DNA of 64,000 nt. Origin: Adineta vaga. Lineage: Eukaryota > Animalia > Rotifera. Below are positions 11,568-24,829 of the stretch, piece by piece. Both the position numbers and the translations under genes were made by a program. The stretch is taken from NCBI GenBank assembly GCA_021613535.1, contig CP075492.1, forward strand, positions 8,494,001 to 8,558,000, in the 5' to 3' direction. Numbering within the stretch: position 1 is the stretch's first letter; the number at the start of each line of letters is the position of its first letter. The notes below the pieces were generated by a model. It was not told the origin of the DNA. It worked only from the letters and a program-made list of their open reading frames with translations, and ran no database searches.

Positions 11568-14547
11568 TTAATCTACTTTGATGACAGAATAAATTATACG
11601 AACAAACCAGAAGCAAGCAAGAAATCCGATTGTACCTGAATCATAACAAATTATTCATCAATTAATTTGTATTACTTTCGAAAATTTCTTACCGGTAAAT
11701 AAGAAGAGAATAAATGTCAACATCAGCGTATATCCAAAATAAAGAAATGTCGATGTACCATCAGATATTTCTAATTTTGTTGAAAAATAATAAATAGAAT
11801 ATAAAAAGAAATAAACAGCTGTGAAGCCGGATGTTAAAAATGAACGCCACCACCAATTATAATCCTAATAATATCAAAAAGAGACATAAATTCTATTGTT
11901 TCACAATAGTTCGAACATACTTCAGCACATAAATGAAAATAGCAAAGAAGAATTGTTGTTTCAGAACATGTTATTATAAGGATGATATAAACAACAAGTA
12001 AGAATCCGAAAAAGTAATAATATTGATGTGCCCTTAAATAGTTCGACAAGATTTCTTACATTTAGATATGAAATAAAAAAAGATTATTTACCAAATACTG
12101 TTTAAAATGAAGAATAATTGAATGAAAATACAACCAAATGGTAGAATTCCACCCATCAGAATACCTTGAAGAAGAATGTATTTAAATTTTTACGATGTAA
12201 TCAAATACAAATCATCATTTCTTACCTGGTAATGGTTTTGTATATAAAGTCTGTTCTGGTACTTGACGTGGAATTTGATTTGTTCGGACAGGATTTTCTG
12301 ACACCTTATTTATTTAATAGGAATGATTTAATTCGAATTTTTTTTTTCTTTGACAAATTCTTACTGGACGTTTAAAGCCAAGATACGCTCCAATAAACAC
12401 CAAGGGTGTTGAAACGCAAAACCAAAGAGCAAGTAATGCTATAAATGTCGTGATTGGAATCGCTGCCGAACTGCCATTTGCCCAAAGGACACAATTCAAG
12501 ATAAAGAATACTGCAAAAATAATTCTAGAAAATCATCAATTATTCAGTTTTTTCCTATTAACAATGACTTATTTGTATCCTACCCAGGACATGCAACTGC
12601 AGTCATTAAAACATTCTTCTTCCATCTTTCACCACCGAACACTATGACAAGTTCGAATGATAAAAATTTCCATATAAACACAAAATCTTACTTTTATATA
12701 AACGAGCTGATGTATAACCAGCTGGTGTTCCCAACAGAACATAACAAACGATAGCACCTATACAAATGAATAAATGAATCAAATGAAGTATTTTCAATGG
12801 AATACGTACATGTCATCAATGCACCACGACTTGCTGGTGAGAGAAAGCCGAGACAAGCGAAAACTAAATGAAAATATTGATAAATATAATCAAACAAAAG
12901 GAATTTCTATCTTACTCAATGTAATTAATGACATAATACCAATTTGAACACCATTGCCAATGAGAACTGAAAGTAGCATACCTTTTTGTGGTGGTCGAAA
13001 GACATCACCGTGTACTCTAGAATTATAAATCATACGTACTTAATTATTATTCTTGAAATAATTGCACGTAATATGTTTCTTGTATCTCATGTTTTTTAAA
13101 GAATGTCAAAATAGTATGTGATATTCACGACCTCTCAAATCAGATTTGTATTATTTTTTATCTCAATGACTAAATAATAAGCATAAATATCTTACAGTTT
13201 CCATCCGAATTCTTCTTGAGCATCGTCCTACATGACAAAAAACACAAAATATTTACTATTTGCTTTTCGTATTTTGTTCACTTACGGCATCAACCATTTG
13301 ATTGTAACGAGCAATATCTCTATGTAATGTACGTAAAAGAATCATGGCAACCATTCCAGAAAGAAATAAAACAATAACTAATGAATTTAGAATTGAAAAC
13401 CATTGAATACGTGTTTGTGGTAATGATTTCAAGATATAATCCCATCGACTAGCCCAACGAATCTCATTATTTTTAAGGAATTTAACACTATATGTAAATG
13501 GAATTTCAACATCTGTTGCACTTGATTGAAACATAATTGGATCAGCATTACGATCACAACTATCTGAATTCAAACTATACAAAAAGAAAAAGAAAGGTTT
13601 TCTTTCTATAATCTTTTCCTTAAAATTCTTTCACAAACCTATTCACTTGTACTTTCGCGGCAATAATACGGCCACCTTCTTCACCAAAAGCACTTCCCCA
13701 TGTTTCACCTAAATAGCAAATATTCATTCATTTATCAAATCTTTTTTCACATGAACTTCTATTTTACCTTGACCACTATGATAAATGATTTCGAAATCCA
13801 AATGATTGAATACATAAAAAGTATCGTTTTTTCCATCACGAATATTACATGATTCTTTTGAATGTCCACTTTTCGTTACATAACAACCAATTGGAAATCC
13901 ACGTGAACAAAATTCTTGTTTTTCTGCATTTTCATAACATAATGTTACAGGCATATTATCAATAATCCAATGTTGTTGATAGTTTAACACCATTCCTTTC
14001 ATTAAACGTTTTAACATTTTTTGTTCAATTGCATTTGATGAGGAAAATTTTTTTCGACAGACGAGATGACAATCATCATTTTTGAGAAAATTAAACTAGA
14101 AAAAAAAGAAACATTTCAATGATTTTAATACTCAGTCGAATAGAGCTGAGACTTTGTAAGGTGATGGACGAATACGTTCACCAAATAGAACTTGACCGAG
14201 ATTTTCTACAGGTGATGGTTCATCTTTAACGGCACAGAAGTCAAAACTAAATTATTAAAGAAGATTTAAACATAATTTTAGTTAATATCAAACTTACTAA
14301 GAATATTCATAAGGTAAAACTGATTCAACTGAATCGAGACGATTGACAAATACTTCAACCTTGGTCTATAATGAAATGGATAGTATTTGAATTGAAAATC
14401 AGACAAATTCTTCCTTATACAAACTTTGCATTTTGCATCCTCTATCGCATTTCGACAAAATACATTCGGTGCTAAACCTGGTAGATAAAATCCATGGATC
14501 GATGATACAAATAGAGTTGTTACGAAGAAATTGAAATAGCTTTTCAT
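11568..14547 (-). CDS. TM9SF2: Transmembrane 9 superfamily member (TM9SF2-like)
   Basis: FYLPGLAP, WIIDNMP, WASRWDYIL, QWFSILNS, LRTLHRDIARYN, GWKLVHGDVFRPP and a C-terminal YSVIKVD*, spread over many short introns. Confidence 0.92.
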
Positions 14548-16387
14548 GACGATGCAAATGGTAAAACTCTATCTGAAAGATCAAGATATATCACTAAACG
14601 AAAAATCAAGCTACTTCGGCCTTTATTTCTCTCCTTCAACCTGTACACGTAGCGAATGTAAAAAAAATCGTTCCAATTGTCGCACTTCTGCGGAGTATAG
14701 TCACGGCAAGCAATAAATGAGGGAGAGAAAAAAAAATATTGCAATGAAAAAAAAGCCGAAGAATAAGAAAGGAGAAAAAAAATCCAACAGAAGTAAAAGC
14801 AAATGCATGATTGCTTACATCCTATCTCAAATATGCGCTAGACATTACTTTTCTTTTTTTCTTTTTCTCCTTTCTTTCTCATTACTTCATAAAACCAAAC
14901 TTATGGACAGATTTCATGTTTATGTTTTCCCTGAGACAAAACGATTAACAAAACTTCGAAAAAAATTACTTGAAACAAAATAAATATGTAGAGCGTTCTT
15001 CGTAAAACAAAAAATAAATTTTCTCTGAGTTATTGATTGTTCAATAGATATAGAGAGGACAAATGACTACAATTATGGCGATTCTATCAACCAATCAATG
15101 AACAACTCGTGTGACAAGTTGTCATGTCAACTCATTGATAAATTTAAATTTGTTGTTACACTATATACATATGTGCAGTTGGAATTTCTCCTAAAATTAA
15201 TAGTAAAATGTAATTGATTTAAAATTTTGATTAAATACACGATCTCATATGTTTATGAAAGACTGAAAATAAGTGTTTTGTCTCATATATATATATAGTA
15301 TAGGTTTTATGACGTGTTGTTGAATCATTTACCTTAATGATTAGTGATATCAAATTCTGACTCACATGAAAATTTTTTCTATCTATATAATCTTGTATTT
15401 TAAATATCATTTGTTATATTACACAAAATCTGAGTACATTTAGAACATAGAACTCATCCAACAAAATAATTCATACAAATTAACTAGCAAGAAATAAGCA
15501 TAAAATTCGATGTTCCACATGTTTGTTACTAGCAATGGAAATAATCAAATTTAAAAAGCTCAAATATGGAATCAACAGAGATATAAATTTTTAATGTAAA
15601 GATTAAGATATCTATGGCTTACATATAAAATACTCGTTTTCAACAAAGATAGCGTTGAAATCCAAATGAAATTATAGATTAGTAGTTATCCACTAATCTA
15701 AATTATTCAATCAAAGTCAATTTTATATAAATGATATCTAACCTGATACATCACAGTACGATTCATGTGATAAATATGTTATTTATTTTGATAAATTCAA
15801 GATTAGAATAGAATCGACGAACTATTTCATCTGTTCGATGTCGATGTTTATGATTGTTGTTGTTATTATTATTATTGATGTTAGAATATTTTCAGTTATT
15901 TTTTCGAGGTTATATTTCATTAGTACTTATTGCTGTTTTTTTATTGTCTGAAATATTGAAAAAATTAAGGTCATAAATGATGACCGTATGTAATTAATGA
16001 AGGTCGAATATTAAAAATATTCATCAAAAAGACAAACTACTATTATATCAATTTCATTTTTCGCTAATTATGTTTATTAATTGAAGCATTTTCATATAGA
16101 ATATATATTAGTAAAAATACAAAAACAATCGTACGAGAAGGTAAAATCAATGTCTTTTGTTTCAAAAATCTTTTTGATCTTGAAAACGGAATGATTCGTT
16201 AAAAGCGACTATAACTATCTAGATGAAGCCATATCATACTTCGCTTTGAAATAGAATTTCTTTGAAAAAATAAACGAAGTAAAAAAGTTAAAATATATAT
16301 GTAAAGAAGAATAAGAGAGAAATATGGTGTTTCTTTTTATCTCTTCGAATATAAATGACAAAATGGAAATTTTCAAGTTGGTTGTAA

Positions 16388-18523
16388 TTAAATAACTCGA
16401 AACATTTCACTCAATGAATTACTTGTGGGAAGATTGGGAGCTGTTGAACTTTTCACTACTTTCTTTGGATCGATTGGAATAGATGAACTGATGATTCGAG
16501 GTCGTATATTTTGACGTATTAATGGTTGTTCTTGTTGAAAATGTCCAGGATATAATTGATGTGATGATGCATGTTGTTGTAGTTGTTTCTGATGATTCGA
16601 CGATTGCTGAATACCAGAGGGAGGCAATTGTGCAGATGGTGGAGTTTTATCACGTGAAGTATCAGGTACTGATTGTGGCGAACTTGTTTGTAGAGGTTGC
16701 GTGCGGAAAAGCCATGGGCTATTAACATGACTTTTTTCGACAATAGTCATTGCCAAAAATGGAACACGACGAGCAATATCAAATAATTTTTCTATATATA
16801 TATATATGTATAATGAAAAATAACAACAGATACTTGAGTGAATTTATTTAACAAACCTGGTTGAAGTTTTCCTCCAGACAAATGTCTTGTAAGACCTTCA
16901 AGACTTGGTGCATCTGTAAGAGAAGAAAAACAAGATAAGCAACAACTATTTGATCTTTGAAAACTATAATTAAACTAACGTGCTACGATAAGAATAGTTC
17001 CACCTGTATGCATATGTCGTTCAGTAATAACATCCATAATAATACGACAACGTTCATAATAATCAAGTTGACTATCATGTGGACGCATAAATGGCATTAA
17101 TGATTGATAAGATTTATCAATGTTATAATTGTTTGCAGCTAATTCATCTTTTGTCATAAAACATAATGTACGTTTAAAATCATTTAAATAACATTCAAAT
17201 AATCCCGGTTCCTGCAAAAGTATATGAAAAATTTAAAATTACGCAAGTGAAAAAGTAGTAACGTACTAATTGCATGGGAACAGTTTTTCGATCCATACCA
17301 TTTAAAATACCATCTGCACTTTGAACACATCGTAATGATGGACTTGTATAACAAATATCAGCTGCATATCCATTGAATAATAATGCTTTACCTGTTTTAT
17401 AAGCATGCAGACGACCACGATTTGTCAATGGAACATCAATTACATAGTGATGTAAATACGAACGAGTCGGTAATCTACGATGAAGGTAATTGATTTTAGC
17501 AGGAAACAAAAAACTATAGATAAGATAGAAAAAACTTACGCATCAGGTAAATGTTCACTAAATCGGATATAACGACCACTTCGATCGAAACTTTTCTTTG
17601 ACCAATCAGATCCTAGAACAGCATCGGCTCGTTCAGCATGACGAATAATGACAATTCGAAGTGGTTTCAAAAATGGTAAAACACGTCGAGACATGACTGA
17701 ATTTGTTTGAGCTTGTGTATTTGGATATCGATCATCAGTAGATGGATAATACGGCTGCTGACGTTGTTGCTGTGGTTGTTGTACCTGTTGTTGTGGCTGT
17801 TGCTGTGGTTGTTGCGGTTGCTGTAACTGCTGTGGTTGCTGTAACTGCTGTGGCTGCTGAGGGTGTGGGTGTTGTTGCTGAAGTTGAGACTGTTGTGGTT
17901 GTTGTAGCTGCTGTGATTGCTGCAGTTGCTGTAACTGCTGTAATTGCTGTTGTTGCTGCTGCTGAAGTTGAGATTGTTGTTGTTGTTGTAATTGAAGATG
18001 AGAATGTTGTTGTGCTAGCTGCATTGTTGGTTGTTGTTGTTGTTGTAATGGAATCTGTAATGATACCTGCGGCTGGGATAATTGTAACGATGATTGTTGT
18101 TGTAATTGTAAGGGAGGGTGTGGTTGCTGTTGTAGTTGGGGCTGTAACGGTGGATGTGGTTGCTGTTGTTGCAATTGCGGTTGAAGCTGTAAGTGCGAAA
18201 ACTGTTGCTGCAGTTGTACCTGTTGTTGTTGTTGTTGTTGCTGCTGCTGCTGCTGCTGTGGATGTGGCTGTTGTTGGAGCTGATGTGGCTTACCTACAAC
18301 GTTTTCTTTCTGTGACAGTCGCTAAAAAGTCGAAATATATATGAATAAATAAATCTATTTTTGAACTACATACATGAGCAGCAAGTAATTGACGTTCTTC
18401 TTCCATTAGTCTCATAAATTCATACTCATAACCTTCTTGTGCTGCTTGATTATCTATCGGAATTATTGCTGATGAACGACGACTACTATTCATACTATGT
18501 GGAAACGTATTACTACGTGCCAT
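16388..18523 (-). CDS. Histidine phosphatase (STS/UBASH3/ecdysteroid-phosphate phosphatase-like PGM domain) with N-terminal polyQ region
   Basis: IVIIRHAERAD, DVPLT..G, YTSPSLRCVQSA, EPGLFE and LIVAH (His codon split by an intron). Long Q/P-rich N-terminus. Confidence 0.8.
17750..18290 (-). repeat. Coding CAA/CAG low-complexity tract (polyQ/P/L)
   Basis: (tgt/tgc)n-rich on the + strand, encoding QQQPQQLQQ-type repeats on the - strand. Confidence 0.9.
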
Positions 18524-19651
18524 GATAGTAAAATCTTATCAGTTAATTTGTTTAATATATTTTTATCTAGAATATGATGTAATGTACGCAAGAAAAGTTT
18601 ATCACATGCTTATTTCGTAACATAGAGGTGGAAAATATATGATCAAGTAAATCAGAAAGAAAAATTACTATTTTAATAATACTTGCATCAAATGAATTCT
18701 TTTTGTTTTTGTAAAGTCTACAGTAATGATGATAATGATGAACACACCTATTGAATAAAAATATGCACAAAAGTACCTTGCATTCGAAGAGACAAGGTTT
18801 TTATATATGTTGATGGTAGATGAAAAACGATAAATTATATTGCATTTGATCAATAAATGTATATATGTATACATATATATATATATGTATTCTTTTTTTT
18901 TCTTCACCTGGTTAGTCAGTCAGTCGATCGATTGACGTCACATTTCTTTTTCTTCTATATATTTATTAAAAATTAATTTTACATTAATGAGAAAAACAAA
19001 CTTATTATATTTTTACATAGAGAGGAACTAGAAAACATCATTAATAATAACAAATGTTACATTCAATGAGAGATAGTTAGATACCATTTTATAACGATAT
19101 TTCTATATAATTCAAAAGCAAAAATGACTACCACATTTCTTATATCTATGACATCAAGTACAGATAATGACATGTGGCTAGGCAGATTTGAATATGAGAC
19201 GCGATATGTACAATTATTGTCTTTTCTTTTCAAGCTTGATGAATAAGACGATGAGCTTTGTATGAAAAAACCACGCGTTTAGTCTAGTTTATCGTCAATT
19301 ATATTACTATAGTCATTTGAAAGGAAATACATTAATATAGATTATCAAAAGATAATATAAATAAATGTGAGTTAATTAAAATCAAACGTATGCAATCGAT
19401 TCGTGAAATTTTACAAAAGAGACAAATTAGAAATCTGATCAATACATAGATTTTGATCAAAGATTGATGCAATCACTGTTTCAAATAGTTCTTATAAGAA
19501 ACTATATAGATTAATCACCGTATATCAATGTCAATTGTTTGATACGATAAAAATCTGTTTTATGTTCTTTATTCAAGGATAAAAAAATGCATTGATTTAG
19601 AAATATATTTCACATAACATCATTAAAATTATCGATGAAAAAGTTTCCTGT

Positions 19652-21499
19652 TCATGTCCATATTGTATATAATTTCCAAACATCAATTGTATCAATGACG
19701 ATACTGTCATCATCATTCGGCGCTTCATTAACATATACTGCTAAATTATCAGCGTTTTCTTCTTCGGGATAAACATGGCCCGTTAATGCAAATCGACCAC
19801 CTTGTGGTTCAAATATTTCAATAACGGAATGATCAATAAAAATATCTAATTGAAGAAACCAATGAGTATTGGCATTTGTTGATTCCATCCATATTGGTGC
19901 ATGAAGTATATTATGTGCAGCATCTGGATTCTTCTGTGATAAAATTCTGTTCATATAAATCCAAATAATTTGTTTATCGTCGTGCCGTTGTTTTACACCA
20001 GATATACAAACAGAATTTGATGTAAGAAATGGAATGCCAGATTTAAGAAAACAATTATTATTTATTTGTCGATCTTTAACAAATGTCCATGCTTGACATT
20101 TTGGATCTTTATTACAAGCAATTTGACAGCTAGACCAGTCAATTATACTTGGAACACTAAAATAATCCCATCCAGACAAATCCCAATTGAACATAACACT
20201 CGTATTATCTCTTGAAGTAATACCAATACTTGTTTGTTGACTACCATTCGATGTTGATAAAACAATTAGACCAAAATCTAAATTCTAAATATATGGGAAC
20301 GAAATAGTATACTAACGAAAGAAGAAAATATGATCACTAACTTGGTGCATTGGAAACTGCCAATTGATAAGTATTTCAATTTGATTACCATGTGTATTTG
20401 GTATTAATTCAAATGGAATATATGATGGTAAAACTACACTATGAAAAGATTCATGACTTTGCTCATCACGTAAAGTTTTCAATGCATCAATTGGACGTGA
20501 ACGTAATTCAGATCCATCATCCGATAGAAATATTGTTCGTGGAAGTGTATGACAACCTTGCCAACCACGTTTTGGACCTAAATTATCTTCTTCAGATGTC
20601 CAACCCATGATTATTTGTTGATCATTTACTGGATCATAGAATGTTTTCGATGCATAGAATCTTCCATGATCAATCAATTGAATAAATTCACCAAGATCAT
20701 GATTATCTGGTATGAAAATTAATTTAATTGGATCAATATCACCAAGTGTCCAAAAATCTCGACCAAGTAATGATGCTTTCAAAACAATTCGATTAGTAAC
20801 TGCAAATATATCTGGACATTCCCAAAAACTATCATAATGATTACTATGAAATGGATGTAAATATGTCCATTTAAGAAAGTCTTTCGACGTAAATAAAACA
20901 GCTTGTCCACCTAAATCTTCTGTACCATAACCGTATATTAAATAATAGTTTTGTTCATCATCTTGAAAAGCTGTTGACGGATCACGACCATTCGGAGTTG
21001 TAATTAAAGGATTTAACAATGATTTTTTCCAATTTGTTAATGTTGGATCAGACATATCAACTGGTTGAGCTTGACATTGAACTTGTGCACTTGTATTTGT
21101 TATTCCTGTATAAATTATTGTTGGAATGCCATTGACTATAGTTGTACTACCACTAAAGATTCCATTGATATCATATGGCTGATCAGGTGCTAGAGCAACA
21201 GGTAAATGAATCCAATGGACCATATCTTTACTATAACAATGACCCTATATGAAAGAGAACGATAGTAAGAAAGGCTAATTAGATTCATCTAACCGTACCC
21301 AATGCATGTCACCCCATACTGCAGCATTTGGATTATATTGAAAGAACATGTGATAGTAACCATTAAAATATACAGGTCCATTGGGATCATTAAGCCAATT
21401 TTTAGCTGGCATCATATGATATTGAGGACGTAATGGATCATCAGCTTGAACGACCTCGAATATCGTAATTAAAGACACGAAGAAAAGTATTGTTTGCAT
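19652..21499 (-). CDS. Secreted glycoside hydrolase family 32 (beta-fructofuranosidase/invertase) with inserted PAN/apple module
   Basis: Signal peptide, WLNDPNG (nucleophile), [21 protein letters not shown] (acid/base) and DHSVIEIF. Two introns. Insert of pattern [16 protein letters not shown]...CFLKSG. Confidence 0.93.
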
Positions 21500-22168
21500 A
21501 TGTTGTCTATCTATGTATGTGTATGCTGTGTGAGTATACTTATTTTATCTCGTTATCTCGTTACTAATCACAAAGATCTACAAAGTATCTTTAAAAAAAG
21601 TACAAGTATTCATAATTTTAGTAAATATTTGTTTGACTTACTAAAAAAAAAGCTTTCGAAAAATATGAAAGAAACTACGGTTCTCTTGTTGTATTCTTAT
21701 GCAATCTTGAATAAATGAATAAAAAAAGAAATGTTCACACTCATCTTCTTCCTAAAAAAGAATTAGAAAAAACATCTTGTCAGTGGAAAGTAGAGTTGTA
21801 TGTAAAGATGTGTGTATTAGAAAATTGCATTCTCTTTCTTTCTTCACTATTAGGTTGATTTTCCTACTTGAAAGATTCATTTCTTACGGTTGAATACTAA
21901 ATTTTTTTCTCGTTCTTTTTCTTTTCTGTCATAGTTCGTCAACCTGAATGGAAGAGAGAACAGAAAGAAGAAAACTAATGGAAATCATTACACTCATATA
22001 TCCTTTCTTATATTAACTATATAGTTACATTGGATGTGACGATCAGTCATGATTGTCGTCGAGAACAACTTATTCTATATTGAATTATGTTCTCTGTATC
22101 ATAAAATGAGTGGACAACATGAAAGAATGCCAGGATGCAAAATAAATTTAGTTTTTATTTTATAGATC

Positions 22169-23064
22169 ATGAATTCGAATTGGGATATTAAAACTAGCTA
22201 TAAACCTGCACTATGGCGATCAACAGTTACTGCACCATTATGTGCACTTTGTAATAAAACGGTCTATCCAGCTGAAGAATTGACTGCTGCTGGTCAAAAA
22301 TTTCATAAACTTTGTCTTAAATGTAGTAAGATTGAAGAATTTTTTTCTACTGTTCAAACCTTGACAACGTTTTACTTTTCTGTTTAGCGACTTGTAATAC
22401 ATTACTTAATTCTGGTAATCTCAATGAACATGAAAAGAAAACTTACTGTGTACCATGTCATCGTCGTCAATTTGGTCCTCAAGGAGGTAAATACTATTTA
22501 TATTTGGAAACTAAAGGTAGAAAAAACTATTTTTTAGTTGGCCGTGGTCTAGCATCTACCTCATCATTCAATGCTGATATGTTATCGACGAGTCCACGTT
22601 CGAATACAATAGAAATGAATCTTGAAAATCATCGTTATCAACGAAAAATATCGACAGGATCATCACCATCTCGTACATCATCGGATGATGATTCACGTCA
22701 TATCAGTGGTGTAGGATTTAAAATGATGAGTATTTCACAAAATATCTGTCCACGTTGTTCCAAAACTGTCTATTCTGCTGAAGAAGTCAAAGCTGCTGGA
22801 AAAGTAAGTCAATTACATTCTTTTTTCATTTCGTTTTCGTTCAGAATCACATTCGTCAAGTATATTTTAGTCATTTCATAAGCGATGTTATAGTTGTGCA
22901 CATTGTAAAGGAAGTATCAGTGGTGGTCGATACAGTGAACATGATGGCGAACTGTACGATAATAGTAAGAATGATAAAAGTATTGATTTTGCAAGTCACC
23001 ATGTGAATATATTTGTTTAGATTGTTATCAACGTTTATTTGGACCTGAAGGTAGATGTTTATAG
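22169..23064 (+). CDS. Cysteine-rich/muscle LIM protein (two LIM domains), paralog A
   Basis: [27 protein letters not shown] and [34 protein letters not shown] follows each LIM. Four introns. Confidence 0.88.
22725..22975 (+). repeat. Left arm of a 251-bp perfect inverted repeat (partner 27906-28156)
   Basis: Base-by-base comparison shows 22725-22975 is the exact reverse complement of 27906-28156, including one whole intron. Near-identity continues to about 23050/27830. Confidence 0.95.
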
Positions 23065-23315
23065 TATAGATGAAAACCGGTGCTTTGAAAAGAAAACGAA
23101 TGCTCTTCAGTCTCATGAATTTATTTTGCTCGTTTAGTTTCTATTAGTTTTCTTTAATTATCGAAATATTTATCTTGATTTAGTTTTTGTTGTTTCTATG
23201 AAATCTGTAAGTGTATAGATAGATATATATATATATAAATAAATGAATTTAATTATGAAAGAATATTTTCAAAGCTAAATTATATACATAGTTTGTATTT
23301 ACAAGCAATATTGAT

Positions 23316-24556
23316 TTACTCATCGTTCATAATTTTTAGATTTTTAAATGCTTGTGTAAGATATCGACAATCTTGTATTGCTGCTGGCGGTGAATGACTA
23401 TCCGTATTATTGAAATAAAAGAAGAGTTGAAGAGAACTATCATTTGTATTTGAAAGAAAGTGTTTGCTTGTATTTGCAGCTAATTGTTGCATACGATTTT
23501 CTCCATAAACACCAGTATATTGACCGATTGAACCGTGAAAACCTATTCACTCATTGAATGATGATATACGGTTTCGTGACAATGATAAACTTACGATAAT
23601 AGACACCCCAATCACACGTTTTGTGGTCGTCAATATCTGCTGGAAGAGTTCCAGACGGCATATTACCGCACCAATTTTTCGAATTTTCACAAGTAATAAT
23701 GCATAAACACCAACTGGAATGAAGGAGACAATTTGAATAAAAGTCAAAAGTCAATTTAATTTACTTGTATTTTTTCATTAAATGATAGACTTCATCACAA
23801 AACCAAGATTTATCTCGAAATTCGAAAGCAAATCTCGCATCTTTTGGTAATATTTTTGCTAAATCATCAAGACGAGTTAAAGTTGTTTGTGTATTTTTAA
23901 ATCCTGGTGGAAATTGAAAAAGAACAGGTCCAAGATGAGACTTTAATAATTGACATTTTTTCCAAAATGTCTAGAAAAATAAAAGATATTCATATATCTG
24001 AACACAAACATTACCTTACTTCCCATCGTTCAATCCATACTTCGTCAATATTTAATTTTTTCATATGTGTAAAAAACCTAAAAACATAAATCAATCATGA
24101 CACTGTTCGAACACAATTCTCCTACTTATTGGCTTTAATGGTATATAGAAACGATGGTCGAGGAGCTTTCTTCGTCCAATTTTTAAAAGCCGAATCCTGT
24201 GGAATATTATAGAAAGTCGAATTTATTTCAACAGTATCGAATTCCTATGTTTAACCGTAATGTTTAATTCATTTTACATTGGATATATACATACACTACA
24301 ATAATAGTCAAATTCATTTTTATCCGGATAATAGTTCTGATTTGTTGGACCCATATGCCAACTGAATGAAAGAAAAATATGAGAATACATATAATTTTCA
24401 ATCTTTCTCATACCGTTTATAAGAATAACCACTCGTACCACATCGAACAGGACAGTTAATTGCAAATAGTTTCGATCGTTTATTATCCATCAGAATTTCA
24501 AAAGCATTTCTTCTTATATTCGTTTTTGTATGCTTTGAACTGTTCGGTGAGATCAT
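23316..24556 (-). CDS. DUF72 (YecE/UPF0759-like) protein, six introns, only fragments visible in the ORF track
   Basis: Manual splicing gives RCGTSGYSYKRW...YYP...EFDTVEINSTFYNIP..W...F.YTIKA.KFFTH.KKL...LGPVLFQFPPGF...FAFEFRDKSW...YYRFHG...FFYFNN. These are the DUF72 motifs in order, and all six junctions are GT-AG and in frame. Confidence 0.88.
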
Positions 24557-24829
24557 TTTTCAAATTGGATTAAAATGATTTATTCGAAACGGCATAGAAG
24601 ACGAACAAACATTTTTCTTTCGATGTTATAGATGATATTTGATAGAATAGAAAAAGAAAGAAAGTATGTGCACACTATAGTCAACATTCTAGAAAACGTG
24701 ACGACATCTTAGTCATGCATTCTTTCATGAAATACATGTACGAAATTATCATTCGTATAATATTTAAATTCTAAAGCATTCAACTGTTGGATATAAAATA
24801 GATAATATGTCTTATGTTTCATTGATCGA

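Noticed and set aside
17742-18344. 200-aa Val/Ala-rich + strand ORF
   Set aside because: Antisense shadow of the polyQ tract.
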